NCBI GenBank assembly: GCA_905178155.1
Contig: CAJINV010000010.1
Span: forward strand, 2,596,466 to 2,660,465
Direction: 5' to 3'
Source: Amoebophrya sp. A120
Lineage: Eukaryota; Protista; Dinoflagellata
Length of the DNA stretch: 64,000 nt
The first letter of the stretch is position 1. The number at the start of each line of letters is the position of its first letter. The position numbers and the translations under genes are program-made. The notes beneath the pieces are model-generated. The model searched no databases. It saw only the letters and a program-made list of their open reading frames with translations, and was not told where the DNA came from. Positions 33,801 through 47,200 of the stretch are shown one piece after another.

Positions 33801-36800
33801 ATGCGGGTGAAAGTGAACAAGGCGGTTGTAAACAACGGGCGGAACAAGCTGCAGAGGCCCAGCAGCTCCACTGCCTCGGTTCAGTTGCCCAATTCCAACA
33901 AAAATAAAAAGGTGGCCAGGAGCAGGGCGGACATCAAGGTGGAGGATGAGGCCGTTGCAGCCCCACCGCGAGGACCAGACGAAGTCGTGGGAATTAGCCC
34001 CGATGTAGTTGCGCCGCACAATGCCATATGCATTGCAAACTATGTATCTGGGTCTGGAAAGAGAACATGCAAGCTTGTAAAACTTCTAAAAATGCAGTGG
34101 ACGCTGGATCATGGATCATGAACTTGATCGTTTTCTCTATCGTTGCACGGCAATCAGAATAATTCAAACAGAAAACTCGTGATGTTCTGGCATGAGCGCC
34201 AAAAGTAGGTGCCAGTAAGGTCGTTTTCGGCGCGAGAAATTCGCTGTTTGCTTAAGGCAAACGGCGAATTTCTGACGCGGGTGGTGCAAAAGGTGCATGG
34301 CAATAAACAAGTGCAATCTTCGTTCCAGACCTAGAGATATTTGCATTTGATACGCCACGTCGTCTGTGCTCCAGAGCAGAGTAGTGGCGGAGCGGGAGTC
34401 CGTGACGTTCCCTGACGGAATAGCAGCGTGGCACAAGGTATTCCAGGAAGAGATTGTCTGAGTCTTCAGCCTTTGCATGGGACGACTCAGCAGCGTCGCA
34501 AACTCGCGAACAAGCAAGATCATACCAAAATGAATCTCTTGCTTCGTACACCAAAGAAGTACTTGATCATACCAAAGTGATGCTTCATACAGCAATAGAA
34601 AGTCAAAATATTAATATAGATGTCTAAAATTGACTTTCTTGCAGCTGCTCTTGGTTGCACGTCGAGCATGACAAAAAACTGCATCGAGGAACTTCCAGAT
34701 TGTGACGCGTTGAGTAAACTGAGACAGTTTTTTCTTGCGATACCACGAAGATCCGCAGTACTACAAGCTGGATAGCCTCTGCACCGACGACAACACCGAA
34801 GCATCCTATTTTCTGGATACGGGAATTAACCCAGACGACCCCGGGGATCCCAAGTTGGAGTGCTATATGCGACGGTCGAAATGCAGGTGCTTATCTTCCA
34901 GAAAAAACGCTGCAGTTAGTCGTGTGCAAAAATTACTTATTTGTTTTTCGAGGATAGAACAGGAGCATCCGAAAATTTGTGCATTCAGCTACAAAAACGA
35001 AGCCATGTAGTCGTGCACGGCTCCTTCATGATGTACTGGAAAACCCATACGGAACTGGTTTATGGTGCGTTTCCAGCACGGCTAGAGTTACTTAGTTTTG
35101 CATCTACTTCTGCAGCACACACTAAAACAGTAGTTTTTCTACTCCTGCATAATGCTTGGGCAAGAGCTACCTCTACCCGTACGATGTTGTCAACAGGTGG
35201 GCGCACCCTATTATCCCGATGAAAAATCCCCCACCCTGTAAAATTCAAAAGGAGACTTCTGATGCTGGCTTGTATACAAAGAAACAGCATCTTGGTGTAG
35301 GTAGCACCGGACTGCAGGAAAAAGGCCGAGCATCCCAAATCGCACGGGGTGCGAAATGTCCGTGCGGAACAAGTAGTGCAAGTGCTATAAGTCGCGCGAG
35401 TTGTTGTAAGTGGTGCAAAACAGCCTCAAGTTGCTACTTGATGTTCTTTGCTTTTGGGTATGTAGCAGCGTAGCTAATGAGGCAGGCGTCTCTGGCAAAG
35501 GCGCGACCGCGCCGCAGATTAAACACAGCAAGCTCCGGCTTTATTCCGTGCAAGTACTACTTTTCTGCAAGGAAAATAAGGGCACTGGTGACTTCTTTCG
35601 CAGGTGTCGTTTTTGAAGATGGGAAGGGGAGGCTTTTGCTAATGATACCCGCTGGCGTCACAGACGACGAAATGAATACTCTGGACGACGGCATTACTCC
35701 ACGGGAATGCTTACTCTTTTCCACCGGAGGCAATGTTGCCGATATGCTTGCCGGGATGTTGTACGACAGTGAAGCCAAGGTGTGCTACTACCTCGGGAGT
35801 CATTACAGTCATCTACCGAGTACCACCTACTACAACACAAAATATTTTCAAGCGTTCGGTCACGATCTCGTGAAGGTGAAAACTTCGGGCGTAGACGAAG
35901 CTGGTGTTGTCCAGTGGAAAAATTTGCCGCCCGGTTTGTGGGGTACCGACTTCGCCTATGGATTGCAAAAATGTCTGGGTCTGGAAGATTGTGAGGCTTG
36001 TCATGCACGAGCATGCTTTGCATGGGCCATGATGTCTGCGATGCATGCCCTAGCATAACAGATTTTCATTTTTTGAGGGCCTCTTGATGCCTATTCCGCA
36101 TAACAAGTTCCCTCTCTGCGTAGCAGAAATTAGAATCCTTTTGCTGCTCTGTCTTGCAATACTACAGATTCCTTCAGAATCCAAAGACAGCATCACATGT
36201 TCCATTCTTTCCAGACCCAGACACTTTTGCATTTGATATCGCCTACTTTAAGGAAACCACAAATGCAGAAGGGACCACAACGGAGGAACCTCTTCAGGGA
36301 GGAGAGGACACATTTTGTGTGGCACAGGATGCGGACGGGAAGACGTACGAAAGCTGGATAATGTACACCAATTATCGCACAAAAAAAAGGTGGTAGGTCA
36401 GAACTCCTAGCTTATAATCTGTAACGCGGAAACAGACACACATGCAAATAGTCTGGTGTCACGGGCTTGCTCATAGTATGCTGTCCCAGGTATCACGCAA
36501 GAGCGATTTTCATTAATTGATAGATTTATGTTCTTGCATGACATACAGCATGAACATCAAGATCAACATCATGTTCATGGCGTGAACGGACCTGCCAGCT
36601 TTTTCCTCTGGGATACCAAAGTCGTAGACAAAGAAAACCACATTCAATGCAAAGCGCTTCTAGAGAAGATGTGCGAAAAGTTCGACTCCGTAGACAAATG
36701 CAACAGTATCGTAAGGAAAAATCCCCCGCCCTCCCAATATCGAAAAGGCATGCTTTTGGAAATTTCTGATGCTGATTTGTGGTCACCAATGCCAGTCTTT

Positions 36801-39800
36801 TGTGTCTTGGTAGAAGGCAACTCCAACGGCTGCGCTGCATTATGCAAGCGGTTTGTGATGCTGCTGGGCCTGGGGCAACAGCGTCGACGTTTGCCATGGT
36901 TGTCGCCTACGTCAAGACCTGTCTACCCAGGCTTGGCATATGCCTGCAGTCCTCTACTGCAAGACAAGTGGGATTTGTGTACTGAAATCCAGCATCAGAA
37001 ACCTCCTCTTTTTGATATGGGGAGGGGGGATTTTTCCTTTTGATAAACAGCGACGCGTCCGCGGAAACCTGTGTCTGGACGAAAAAGGAGGGGGCCGACG
37101 CTGAGACTTGCTTCGATTGCAATGATTTGAGCGGAGATAAATTCGGGTGCCCAGGTATCCTAAGCAAAAACGTCCCCATCCCATAGCAACACAAGTCTCC
37201 AAGTTTTGGGCGCTGTGCATGACAAGTTTCCCTCTGCAGTGTAGTGCTGGTTGGCAAGGGAACAAGCCGCATGAGAATAAAGCCACTTTCTTATCCTGTT
37301 TACAGCACTACAAATTCCAAAACACGATTGGAAATGCCTTTCATGTAGCTGCGCATTACAAATGTTCCTGTCAGGACGCATTTGCGTGACAACTCGGGGG
37401 TGGGGACGTTTTTACCGAGGATACCAGGAATCTCCGCCGGAAAATGTGAATTCGACGCCGAAACCAGTCTTTGCCGGCCACTTTTGGTGACCACTTCGTA
37501 CTACAGTGAAAAATGTCCCCATCCCATATAGAAAAGGAAACTTGTGATGCTGATCTGTGGCCACATCCACAAATCACTTTTGTCTTGCCTACAGGGTAAA
37601 AATGGGAACCATGTGGCGTATTCGACGGCCGGTCTGTCATGCGCTTTCAACTACAACAAATCTGTTTGCCATGCGTAATTGCTAGCCTTCTGCATACACA
37701 AACAGGCCTAGAGGATACCGCCAAGCACTTTCTGCAAGACAAATGTGATTTGTGTACAGCATCAGAAACTTCCTTCTGATATGGGGAGGGGGATCTTTCC
37801 TTTTGATACTTCGAGCAGCACCACCACGACGCCTGCTCCCGAGGGCATGTATCCACTGGAAATGTTTCTGGGTCTGGATGAAGAACGCAAGTCGAAGTTT
37901 GTCATGCTTGTCTGGCATGACTCTTAATTCTGTGTTGCATGAGCAGGAAAAAAGCCGCCCCTTGCCTGTCATGCAAAATAAACGCAGCTTTCCCTTCAAG
38001 AAGCGAAACACACAGCACCTCATATTAAACTTGTCATGATGCTTGGCTGCGTATAATGATTGCAGTGCGCCCCCTGCCAAATTCACAGATTTGCATCCCA
38101 ACTTCCCAGACCCAGACATATTTGCAATTGATAGCATGAGCATGACCACGATTTACATCATCGCCGTGTCGGCCGTCGGCGCCATCCTGATCGGCGTGGT
38201 GTTGGTCATTCTCTGTTTGTGTATCCCACAGAAAAAAGCTGGAAGGGCATATTTGTAATGCCAACACAAATACACAGAAAAATCTGCCATGGGCGGCCTC
38301 ATAGCATGCTATTTAGGATATGCAATACAAATTTTTTTGTCTATTTCTTTTCGCATTACAAATATGACCTCCCAGTTTTTTTCTGTGTGATATTGTGCTG
38401 CGGCGGCAAGAAGAAGGGGGACCCCGACAGCAAAGCCAGCCAGGACGACAAGTCAAAAGCGGCCGCGGAGGCTGCGGGTGGCGGCGCCCGGCAAACGCGG
38501 GCGGCGTCACAGAAGCTATCAAATGTAAAAATGTCTGGGTCTGGAAGAATGCATGTTTGTCATGCTTGTCTGGCATGACTCTTAAATCTGTCATGCACAA
38601 CATCCAAGAGCCCCATTTCTCTGTCATGCAGAAACGCAGTTTGTCATGCAGAATAGGCAACACCTAGAGGCTCAGAAACTGTTCATGCTGAGCCAGCATT
38701 TGCGGCCTCATCATGAGACGCTACCCAGCATCACAAGTTTCCAGACCCAGACATTTTTGCACAGGATAGAAGCTGCCTACGGGCAACACCGGCCCATCGC
38801 TATCAAAAGGAAAAATCCCCCCTCCCCATATCCAAACGAAGTATCTGATGCTGGATTTCCTTACACAAATCAGAGCTGTCTTGCAGTAGAGGACTGCAGG
38901 TGTGTGCCGTGCCTTAGTGCAGAGCTTTGGACGTGGACGCTTAGCATCGCAAATGTCTATGCTGTAGCCCAAGCAGCATCACAAACCGTCCGCTTAGTGC
39001 GGCGGAGACTGTAGAATTGCATTCTTGCAAGACAAACAAATTTGTGGTCACAAATCAGCATTACAAAGAAGTACCTTTTTGATATGGGGAGGGGATATTT
39101 TTCCTTACGATAAGCGCAGCCGCCAGCCCTAGACAAGGCGGGGAGTTTTGGCGCGAACAACAGTTTTTCCAACGCCGGCGGGGGTGATATGGCATTCTCA
39201 AATGTTACATTCTCAACTGTTGCAACATGAATCTGTAATGCAAGAGTGGCAAAATCGAAAGGGGGAAGATCATTGCACCTTTTGCATTATACAAATTCCG
39301 CACAGATCAACATTTAGGTGCTGTTTAGCCCTTCGCAAATTTGTCATGCGAAGCAGCCTGATTGTGTGGGTGATCATCTTGCTTTTGCATTACAAATTCA
39401 TCATGTAACAGTTGAGAATGTAACAATTGAGAACTCCATAGGCGACGCTTTTCGCGGAGGGAGTGCAGTGGACAACTCGAAGCCCAGTGGTATGAAAGTG
39501 GAGTCTTGAGCGTTGCATTGACTGCTGTTACATCAGGTTATTGTCATGGTGCAAGAAATATTAGACCAAAAGTTAAGGTGGTGAATATATAAATCTGGTC
39601 GTGACATCAAACACCCTGCGCGCCTTGCATTCCAGATTTGGGACGGATTTGATATTGTTCCATGCTATTTGGCGTACCAACGTAAGTAGACTTGTCATGC
39701 GAAGTAGCTTGATCATGTGGAGGCTCGTGGTAAAAAAGATTTTGCATGCTGGTCGTGAAAAATCATGTAACAGCTCTACAGTGTAACGCTTGTGAAGAAC

Positions 39801-40230
39801 TCCATAGGTGGCGGCCCGGCGTCTACCTTTGCCGCACGGGTGAGCATGGCGCAGACGCATTTATCACATGCAAATATCGATCTGAGTCTGGAAGGATGCG
39901 AGCTTGTCATGCAAACTCTGGAGCACATGCACGCATGTAGTTGAAATTGATGAAGAAATCTCTCATGCATAAACAACAAAAGTCGCCCATTTATTGTCAC
40001 CGAAAGCGGGGCTTCGTGATGCGAGTTCGGCATCGGCACCGAGACGCCTTGTGCTTCGCCAATTCTGTATTGGTCTGGAGCTTGCATGCAAGACCAAGAC
40101 CTCTTGGGGCACAGAAAAACAGCATGACACACCTGCTCAATTGTCCATGCCCAGACGTATTTGCAATGCATATCATTGAGCAGCATGTCTTTTCAAGGAG
40201 TTTCGTTTGATGATGATTCTTGGTATAGTA
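33801..40230 (+). CDS. Cys-rich type I membrane/surface protein, multi-exon; boundaries approximate
   Basis: Spliced reading includes TCVWTKKEGADAETCFDCNDLSGDKFGCPGISAGKCEFDAETSLCRP, a Thr-rich stalk, TM segment IYIIAVSAVGAILIGVVLVILCLCC followed by GGKKK, and a low-complexity tail. Confidence 0.6.
34027..34352. mobile_element. Introner, family A
   Basis: Direct repeat TGCCA/CGCCA; family A TIR. Confidence 0.75.
35212..35647. mobile_element. Degenerate introner, family C
   Basis: TATCCCGATGAAAAATCCCCC / GGGGAGGCTTTTGCTAATGATA; frame restored; direct repeat eroded. Confidence 0.55.
35957..36238. mobile_element. Introner, family A
   Basis: Direct repeat TCGCC; joins TDFA|YFKE. Confidence 0.88.
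36373..36615. mobile_element. Introner, family D
   Basis: TATCGCACAAAAAAAAGGTGG / CCAGCTTTTTCCTCTGGGATA; direct repeat CCAAT/CCAAA. Confidence 0.7.
36707..37045. mobile_element. Introner, family C
   Basis: Direct repeat AACAG. Confidence 0.88.
37156..37423. mobile_element. Introner, family B
   Basis: Direct repeat CCAGG. Confidence 0.85.
37499..37808. mobile_element. Introner, family C
   Basis: Direct repeat CTTCG. Confidence 0.8.
37850..38133. mobile_element. Introner, family A
   Basis: Direct repeat GCATG. Confidence 0.85.
38222..38392. mobile_element. Introner, family D
   Basis: Direct repeat TTGTG; about 40-bp TIR. Confidence 0.9.
38517..38768. mobile_element. Introner, family A
   Basis: Direct repeat GAAGC. 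Confidence 0.88.
38801..39112. mobile_element. Introner, family C (opposite orientation to 45840-46159)
   Basis: Direct repeat ATCGC/AGCGC. Confidence 0.85.
39188..39440. mobile_element. Introner, family F
   Basis: TTCTCAAATGTTACATTCTCAACTGTT and its inverse; direct repeat GGTGA/GGCGA. Confidence 0.85.
39491..39806. mobile_element. Introner, family F (degenerate)
   Basis: Direct repeat AGTGG/GGTGG; ends GAACTCCATA like 39188-39440. Confidence 0.65.
39862..40172. mobile_element. Introner, family A
   Basis: Direct repeat GCATT/TCATT; frame across it not resolved. Confidence 0.7.
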
Positions 40231-41200
40231 CACATATTACCATGTTGGCACGACAACAGTTTTGTTTTATGAAAAATACAACAACTTCTCTTCCGAAAAT
40301 TTTATTTTTTTACATCAGGTACAACTACAAATGCACAGTTTTGAGTTTATTAACAGTAACATAACACAAATAATTTTCATGTTTTTCAAAGTTTTCAATT
40401 TTCAAATCCTTTGTTTTCAGTTACTTTATTTCTTACACTTGTTTTACTTCTTTTACATTTACATTTTCACAATTTTTTTTCGCATGGGCAGTATTTTTTT
40501 TTTCAAAAGACACACTTCTCTCCATCAACAATCTAGAAAGCCTTGTACGTACCCCGTGCAGGGTGAAAAATTCCAGTTCAGAATCCTACGCACAGTTTCT
40601 TTCCCGCGATAGAACAATTCGCCAATAGAAGGTCACCCCTGCGCACCCCACAGGAGCACTTCTTTTGGCAACGCCACCTAGGAATTGCATTGAGGACTAG
40701 AAATTAATTATCCAAAACAAAAACGTCGCAAGCGCAACATCCTAGAAATGTAGTACCTCAACACTATGCTGTGCCAAAATTAAAAGACCTAGAGCTAGAC
40801 ACCCAGTTGTAACAAGAAGTTCGAAAGGAACGCAGCAAATCGAAGGAACGAGTAAGACTACAACAGCACCAAAAGGTCCATCTTCTTGCATTCACCCCGT
40901 CGTGCGGAGGAAGGATTTTTCTTCAGAAGAAGCAAGTAAGTTGCACCAGTTTTGTAGCAGAATGTTTTGTTTTTCGGGTGAAGACGAGCAATGTCGAATG
41001 TCAAAGCTATGTCTATATGCTAAATTTTATCTGCAACCTGAAAATTTCAATTTCCATCCGAGGGCAGTTCATCTAAAGTGTTGCGAAAGCTCCTCCGAAA
41101 CGTTATGAATGTAGTAGAGGACCCTCTGAGGCTGAACAGCTGTAAGTAGTTTTGCCCACCGTCCTATATACTTCTCCGCTCACATCACCGCCCGCGGCAG

Positions 41201-44200
41201 ATGACTAGACGTCGCTTTTTCAAAAGCGTCCTCGTCCTGGCCACTTGGGTAAGTACTAAAAAATGAAGTGTGTGGCCACCCGCGAGGCGAAGATATTAGA
41301 CAAAAGATGCTGAGTCTCGCCGTGGTCCTCTCGAGGACACCGCCGAGTAACTACATGTCTAATATACTACTTTTACGAATATTAAGATGCTACCAAGCTG
41401 CGGATATGATACTAGGCTACGTAGACGTACTTGGCTTCTATTCTTTCATGTTGCTGCCTTCACTTTTGTAGTTCTTTTCAAAATATTAAAGCAATGTTAG
41501 ACAGTTGAATAAGAGTACTTTCTTTTCGAAGCAAGAATCGAAGTAGACCGGCCAGAAAAACGAAAGACCTGACTCATCTACCATTCAGAGCTGCTACTCC
41601 TCCTCTGCAGGGAAGTAGAATTACGCAGTATCTCTAACTAGCACCTTCACAGCACGAAAAATGCAAACAAAAAATGTGAACAATAGCACCTATTCTACCT
41701 CTACAACATACCTAGCAGCACGGGGAACGACGACCCAGGTAGATCTCTCCCAAGGAGGTAGTACTACTACGTGAAGAAGGTTGTCTTGACAACAATATTA
41801 CTAAAACGGCCCTAGTAATTATTTCGTTAAGCAGTAGTTCTAGTTCTGGTTGATGTCAACATGGCGGTCGCTGTCGACGAGGAGCCCGCACCCACGAAGA
41901 GAGCACCATGCAGAATGCATTTTCTGCATTACAAATACCTCGACGAAGAATGGCTCTGCCGCACCAGCAACGCAGGACCAAATAAACTAGTTCTTGCTTC
42001 GAAGAAAGTATGTTTTAGAAAATTGCTTATCTTGATATGCGCAGTCGCCGGTGTAGATACGGAGCTGCACGACCAGAGGAGTTTCTTCTGGCGCGCCGAT
42101 GACCACTGCGTCCATGTTTGGGTTCTTTTTAAACGCTTCTAGTGCTGGCACGATCTCCCGTAAGTGCCGCTCGTCCTTGAGATTATTCATCTTTCGTGCT
42201 GGTGGTCTTCAAATGTGCCTTGCAACAGGTCGGTGGCACCATTTTATTTTACGTCGGCCCTTCGCCGTGACCTCCAACATGCAACATCTGTGATGCCCCA
42301 CATGCAGTTGCCGGTGGAGAAAAGAAACGGAAACAAAATCTTGACCCACTTCTGCCTCGGTTTCGTTCGTAAATAAACTTAATGCGCAGTACAAGTCGTG
42401 TGGTCTGCCTCTGCGTCTGCCAACTCTAACTGGAAGTATTTTTTTCAGTGGTTACGGCCGTATAAACTACAAAATTGAAATTCCTTTTCGTGCGCCGCGT
42501 TTTCGTTCGTCTCGTCGGTTTTCGTCCGTACCTATTTCGTCCAACCACCTACGACGTGTGTTGCTGTAGTAGCTTTTTTGCGAAACATTCGTGAAGTAAA
42601 ATGCTCGCACAGTTGACTGGGTCTTCTGCTGTACTACGTTCTTCACTTTAAAGATGACGCGGTCAACTTTTTTCCAGTGCTTACGCAACCGCAGGACAAT
42701 TGTCATTGCTCCCCTCACCCAGATATTCATATTATCGTACCAAGCTTTGACTGTGTAGTCAAGTTGGTGTGGTCTTCTATTTTCCCTCGATGATTGATAC
42801 GCTACGTAGTACTTTAACTGCTTCAAAAATTATCTTGCGTGAGCGTTTCTGCTCCATGTGAAGGCTGGCGATTTCTATAATACGTATAACTTTTCCTGAA
42901 TTATGCTCGACCTTAACCCGAATCGCAGTGCACAGTAGAATTTTCCTCCCGCGTGTGCACGAGCAGGCACGAGGACGTGTGCAAGACCTTGTTCGGGGGA
43001 TAACGTAGAAGAAGAAAGTGGGTACGACCGAAAGAGTTTCTACTACTGCCGCAGGAATAGAAAAAAATGGGCACCACCGGCAGTCAGCCAACCCCGGAGC
43101 AAGGTGAACAAACGGTGGTCCCTCCGGACGAGCCCAAGCAGGAGCAGTACGTGGCTAACTGGTACACGCTATGCGGCGCGGAAAATTCAACAGTGGAGCT
43201 GGACTACTTTCTGGATGGCAGCGGCGCGATCGGGACGTCGTCGGCCACGGGGTGCTATCTGCGCTTATCAAATGTAAAAATGTCTGGGTCTGGAAGATTG
43301 GAACTTGTGATGCTAACTTTGGACTCTAAAAAAATCTGTATTGCATGACCAGCAAGAGGAGTCTAGTTTGTGCTACGGGGCGGGGAGGGCGTTTGTCATG
43401 CGGAGTAGGCATCAGGAAGCCCTCTAAAAATCTGTGACGCTAGGGCGTGCATTACAGACGTCCTGGGTCATGCAAAACATGCATGACAAGTCTCAGAATC
43501 TTCCAGACCCAGACACTTTTGCATTTGATAGCGCTGGGTCGGCTGCAAATGCTTCGGCAGTGCGTACTCGCTTTCTCTCGCGCAGATGCTAGCATTGCAG
43601 CAGCAGGCTTCTGGAGGTGGCGGCGCGACTGGTACTGCGACGTCTTTTCTGCAAGAAAGGGTCGACGTGCAGAGGGCCCATTACTACATCAGCGGAAAAA
43701 CGACAAAAAGGGCACGACAAACGAGATTGAAGGACTCTTCGATGGCCGCTTCTACTAGTGCGGGCTTTGTTCCGGACCAGATGGAAAGAAAAGAAAGAAC
43801 CAGTCAACACCTTTACGACCAGCTTGCAGCGCTCGAGACGGGCGGCCGCACCGCGGCTGAGAGTGGGAGCGGCGCGAAGGATGATGGTTCCCCCACCAAG
43901 GTGGACGAGGACGTGGTGAACACGGGGGCGGACGGTTGGGTGCCACAGGAGTGCTTGGCATATTGCACGAACTCCGATGGGAACCTAAACTGCGCCGGAC
44001 TCACTTACGACCTGAGCATATCAACTGCAAATTCGAATATATATGTCTGGGCCTGGAACAGAGCAGAGGTTTGTGATCCAAGCAGCCCGCATGACTTATA
44101 CATAGTCCAGTTCGCTCCAGCTACAGTGACCTACTCAAACTTCAACTTTGATTTCACATTGCAAAATATAGTCATACCTGATGAAAGTATTGTGAGCTGC

Positions 44201-47200
44201 TCTGCCTCTGGCATCGATCAGCGTCGCAAGTTTGGATATTGGAGAGGCCGCTTCTCGTAGTGCCATCTCGCATGATGCATGTCAAAAAGAACTGTCGTTT
44301 TCGGAAGGCGCTGACTCAAGGGCATATTTTTGCTGGTCTCAAGCAATGCTTAGAGTCTTTTGACCTATGGTCGAGGAGAACAAGGAAATAAAAGCTCGGA
44401 CCCTTCACCATCCAGAGTTGTTCCCGACATATTTTTTTACAGTGCATAGGAAACTCAGGTATGTTACTTCATCAACTTTTCTCCGGTGCAAGGCGTGTCG
44501 TGGCCCTTACCGGAGAGTAGGGAGCAGAACCGGGCGAACCTGGAACTGCACATGCCACCACAGCAAGGGAAAAGCCAAGAAGAGGTGGAGAAGACCACGA
44601 TAACCATTTATCAGAAATCGATGGACTTCGCCGCGGTACCCGGGGTAAAACTTTCGTGGCAGCAGCTCGCTGACAGGATGCACACCGACCTTACGCCTCT
44701 TAGACCCGAGGAATGGCTGCGGAAATCTTTCTGCGTGGCAAAGAAAAGCCTGGACGACGGCGCGGAGCCGTCTTTTAAGGACTTATGGGAGTGCACACAT
44801 GATTTGTCTCCCTGCGCTCATTTTTATAACTTGCATAGCATGTTGTAGTTCACCTGCAACAGATACAGAAGCGACAGCAATGCCGCCGCTCGCGCATGAC
44901 AGATTTGGACGGCGATTGTAGTGCTCTCTCGGGCCTCCGTCTCCGTCTCGAAACGTCGTGCCATCGACATACGTAGTACTGGCTGAAAATTATGACGCAA
45001 AGCCAAAAGGTGGCATTCGGCGTGCAGTTGCATGATGAGACGCATGAGATGAAATGAGAACATCTTCGAGGGGGATCGAAGTACTAGTTGTGCACTCTCA
45101 TAGCCGTTCATCACCTACGTGAAGATCCGAGAGCCAGAGAGCAATACGCAGTGCCAGGCCCTGTTGACTCCCACGACAAGCAGCCCGACCACGACAACCA
45201 CTACTACGACTAGCAAAGAAGGCACTTCTTCAAGTGGTGCAAGCGGTTCCGGCGCGCAGGGCGAGGGAGAGGACCAAACTACACCGGGAGATGCAGACGG
45301 TGGAGGCGAGTCTGGGCACCCTATTGACGGCGAAGACGGAGACCAAGCAGGGCAGCAAGGAAACACGACCACGTCCGCGCCGGCTGGCGGAGACGGGAAG
45401 GGCACAGAGGGAGAAGACGACGTCAACACTATCCCGCGTGCAAAAACGTCGTGGTAAGTACCCAGAAGGAGCCCATAGTCAAGATGGGAACTCTGGCGCA
45501 ACTCTGCATATTACGGCAAATCCAGAACTTCTGCTGGGACTTATACATGACAAGTTTGGCTATGCAGTGCGGTTGTGCGTACTGCTAGTCTCCGATCGAT
45601 GCGTCGGAAATCCACTCTCATGTCCTGACTGACGCATGACAGGTCTCCTATTAACACGACTAGCAAATAAAGTTGTCTCTTATGCGGAGCTGCCTGATAG
45701 AGATAGATGTTCTGGGCATGATGCAGATTGGCATGATAAGTAGCTCCGGGGTAAATATTTTTAAGGGCGACGTTTTTCCGCAGGATAGCCACCTTGTGGG
45801 CGGTGTTGGTGGTGCTATCCGTGTTCTGCGTGATTGCCTTATCAAAAGGAAAAATCCACCCCCCTCCCCATATCGAAAAGGTATGTTTCCGAAAATTTGT
45901 GTTGCTGATTTGAGACCACAAATCACGTCTGTCTCGCACGAAGACAAGTGCAAAGGCGGCCGCGCCATTATGGAAGCGATTTGGCATGCTGTTGGGCCTA
46001 GGGAGCAGACATTTGTAACATTACTAGACCCAAACGCCCCTACCTAGGCTGCGGATCTGGCAGCGATGTCTTACTGCAAGACAGCGCGCATTTGTGTACG
46101 GAAGTCCAGCATCAGAAACTTCGGCTCTATATGGGGAGGGGGGATTTTTCCCCACAATATCCCTTGGCGATCGCCTTCGCCATCATTTTTTGCGTGACGA
46201 ATAACAGTATGCAATGGAAATATAATGTCTGCTGGTTCCTCTGCTGGAAGGATGCAAATCTACTATGACATGCTATTTCATCGTTGTAAAAGACCACGCA
46301 TCTTCAAAAATCTGTATCGCTTGAGCGCCAATCTTCAAAGCTGTCGACTCTTTCCTGCACACCTTCACCTCTCATAGCGATAATTTTGTCATGTGGTACA
46401 GGCATGGCGAGTCAAATAATTGCTTTGTCTGCATTTATTTTCCGTGCGGTTCACCCAAAGAAAAAGATGCACATGATCATATAAAATGCGCACTTCTCAT
46501 TCAGATCCAGTCCCAGGCATTATATTTGCAGTGGATAAAAAGCGACGAGGAAGGCCAAAGCACCAGCAGGCCACAGGACCAAATTCCGCCCCCGCAACCC
46601 GGCAAGCGGGCGTCTGTGCGCGCGTCGACGAACTTACCCGGGCACTTGGGCATCGTCGATGGAACAAGAAGCAGCAAGAAAGCTGGCCCAAGAGGTGCCC
46701 GAGTGAGCACCACCAGCAGTGGAGATCGCGCCAGTACAACCGGCAGCCGAGCCTCCGCCAAAGCCGACATAGGCCCCCTCGTGAAAAGCGCCACCGCGAG
46801 CTTCAGCACCCCGAGAAAAGACGACGAAGGTATGTGCGAGAAAAGCGTCCCCGCGACCCCGAAGTCAAGATCGGAAGCTTTGCAGTAGTACACAAATCAA
46901 CAAGCTGTCGGTGTTGCGCATGACAAATTTGGGCGTAATTTATCTAGTAAAGCCGCATCACGACTGTTGCATGACAAACTACCACACGACTGCATTTAGA
47001 AAATGCTCCTCATGGGCGGGCTGCGCATGAGAATGGTCGTAGGCTTGCGTGACAAATCTGTGGTGGGGACGTTTGTGCACAGGATAGAAGGGGCGGCCAC
47101 CTCGACGTTTTATCAAATGCAAATTTGCCCCCGTCCGGGTCTGGTGGAAGAGTGACCTTGTTTGTCATGCACTTCTGGAGCAGATGCAGAAACAGATAGA

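Noticed and set aside
36707-39806. CRISPR-like repeat-spacer array
   Set aside because: Repeats are inverted, belong to different families and are separated by coding exons; no cas genes.
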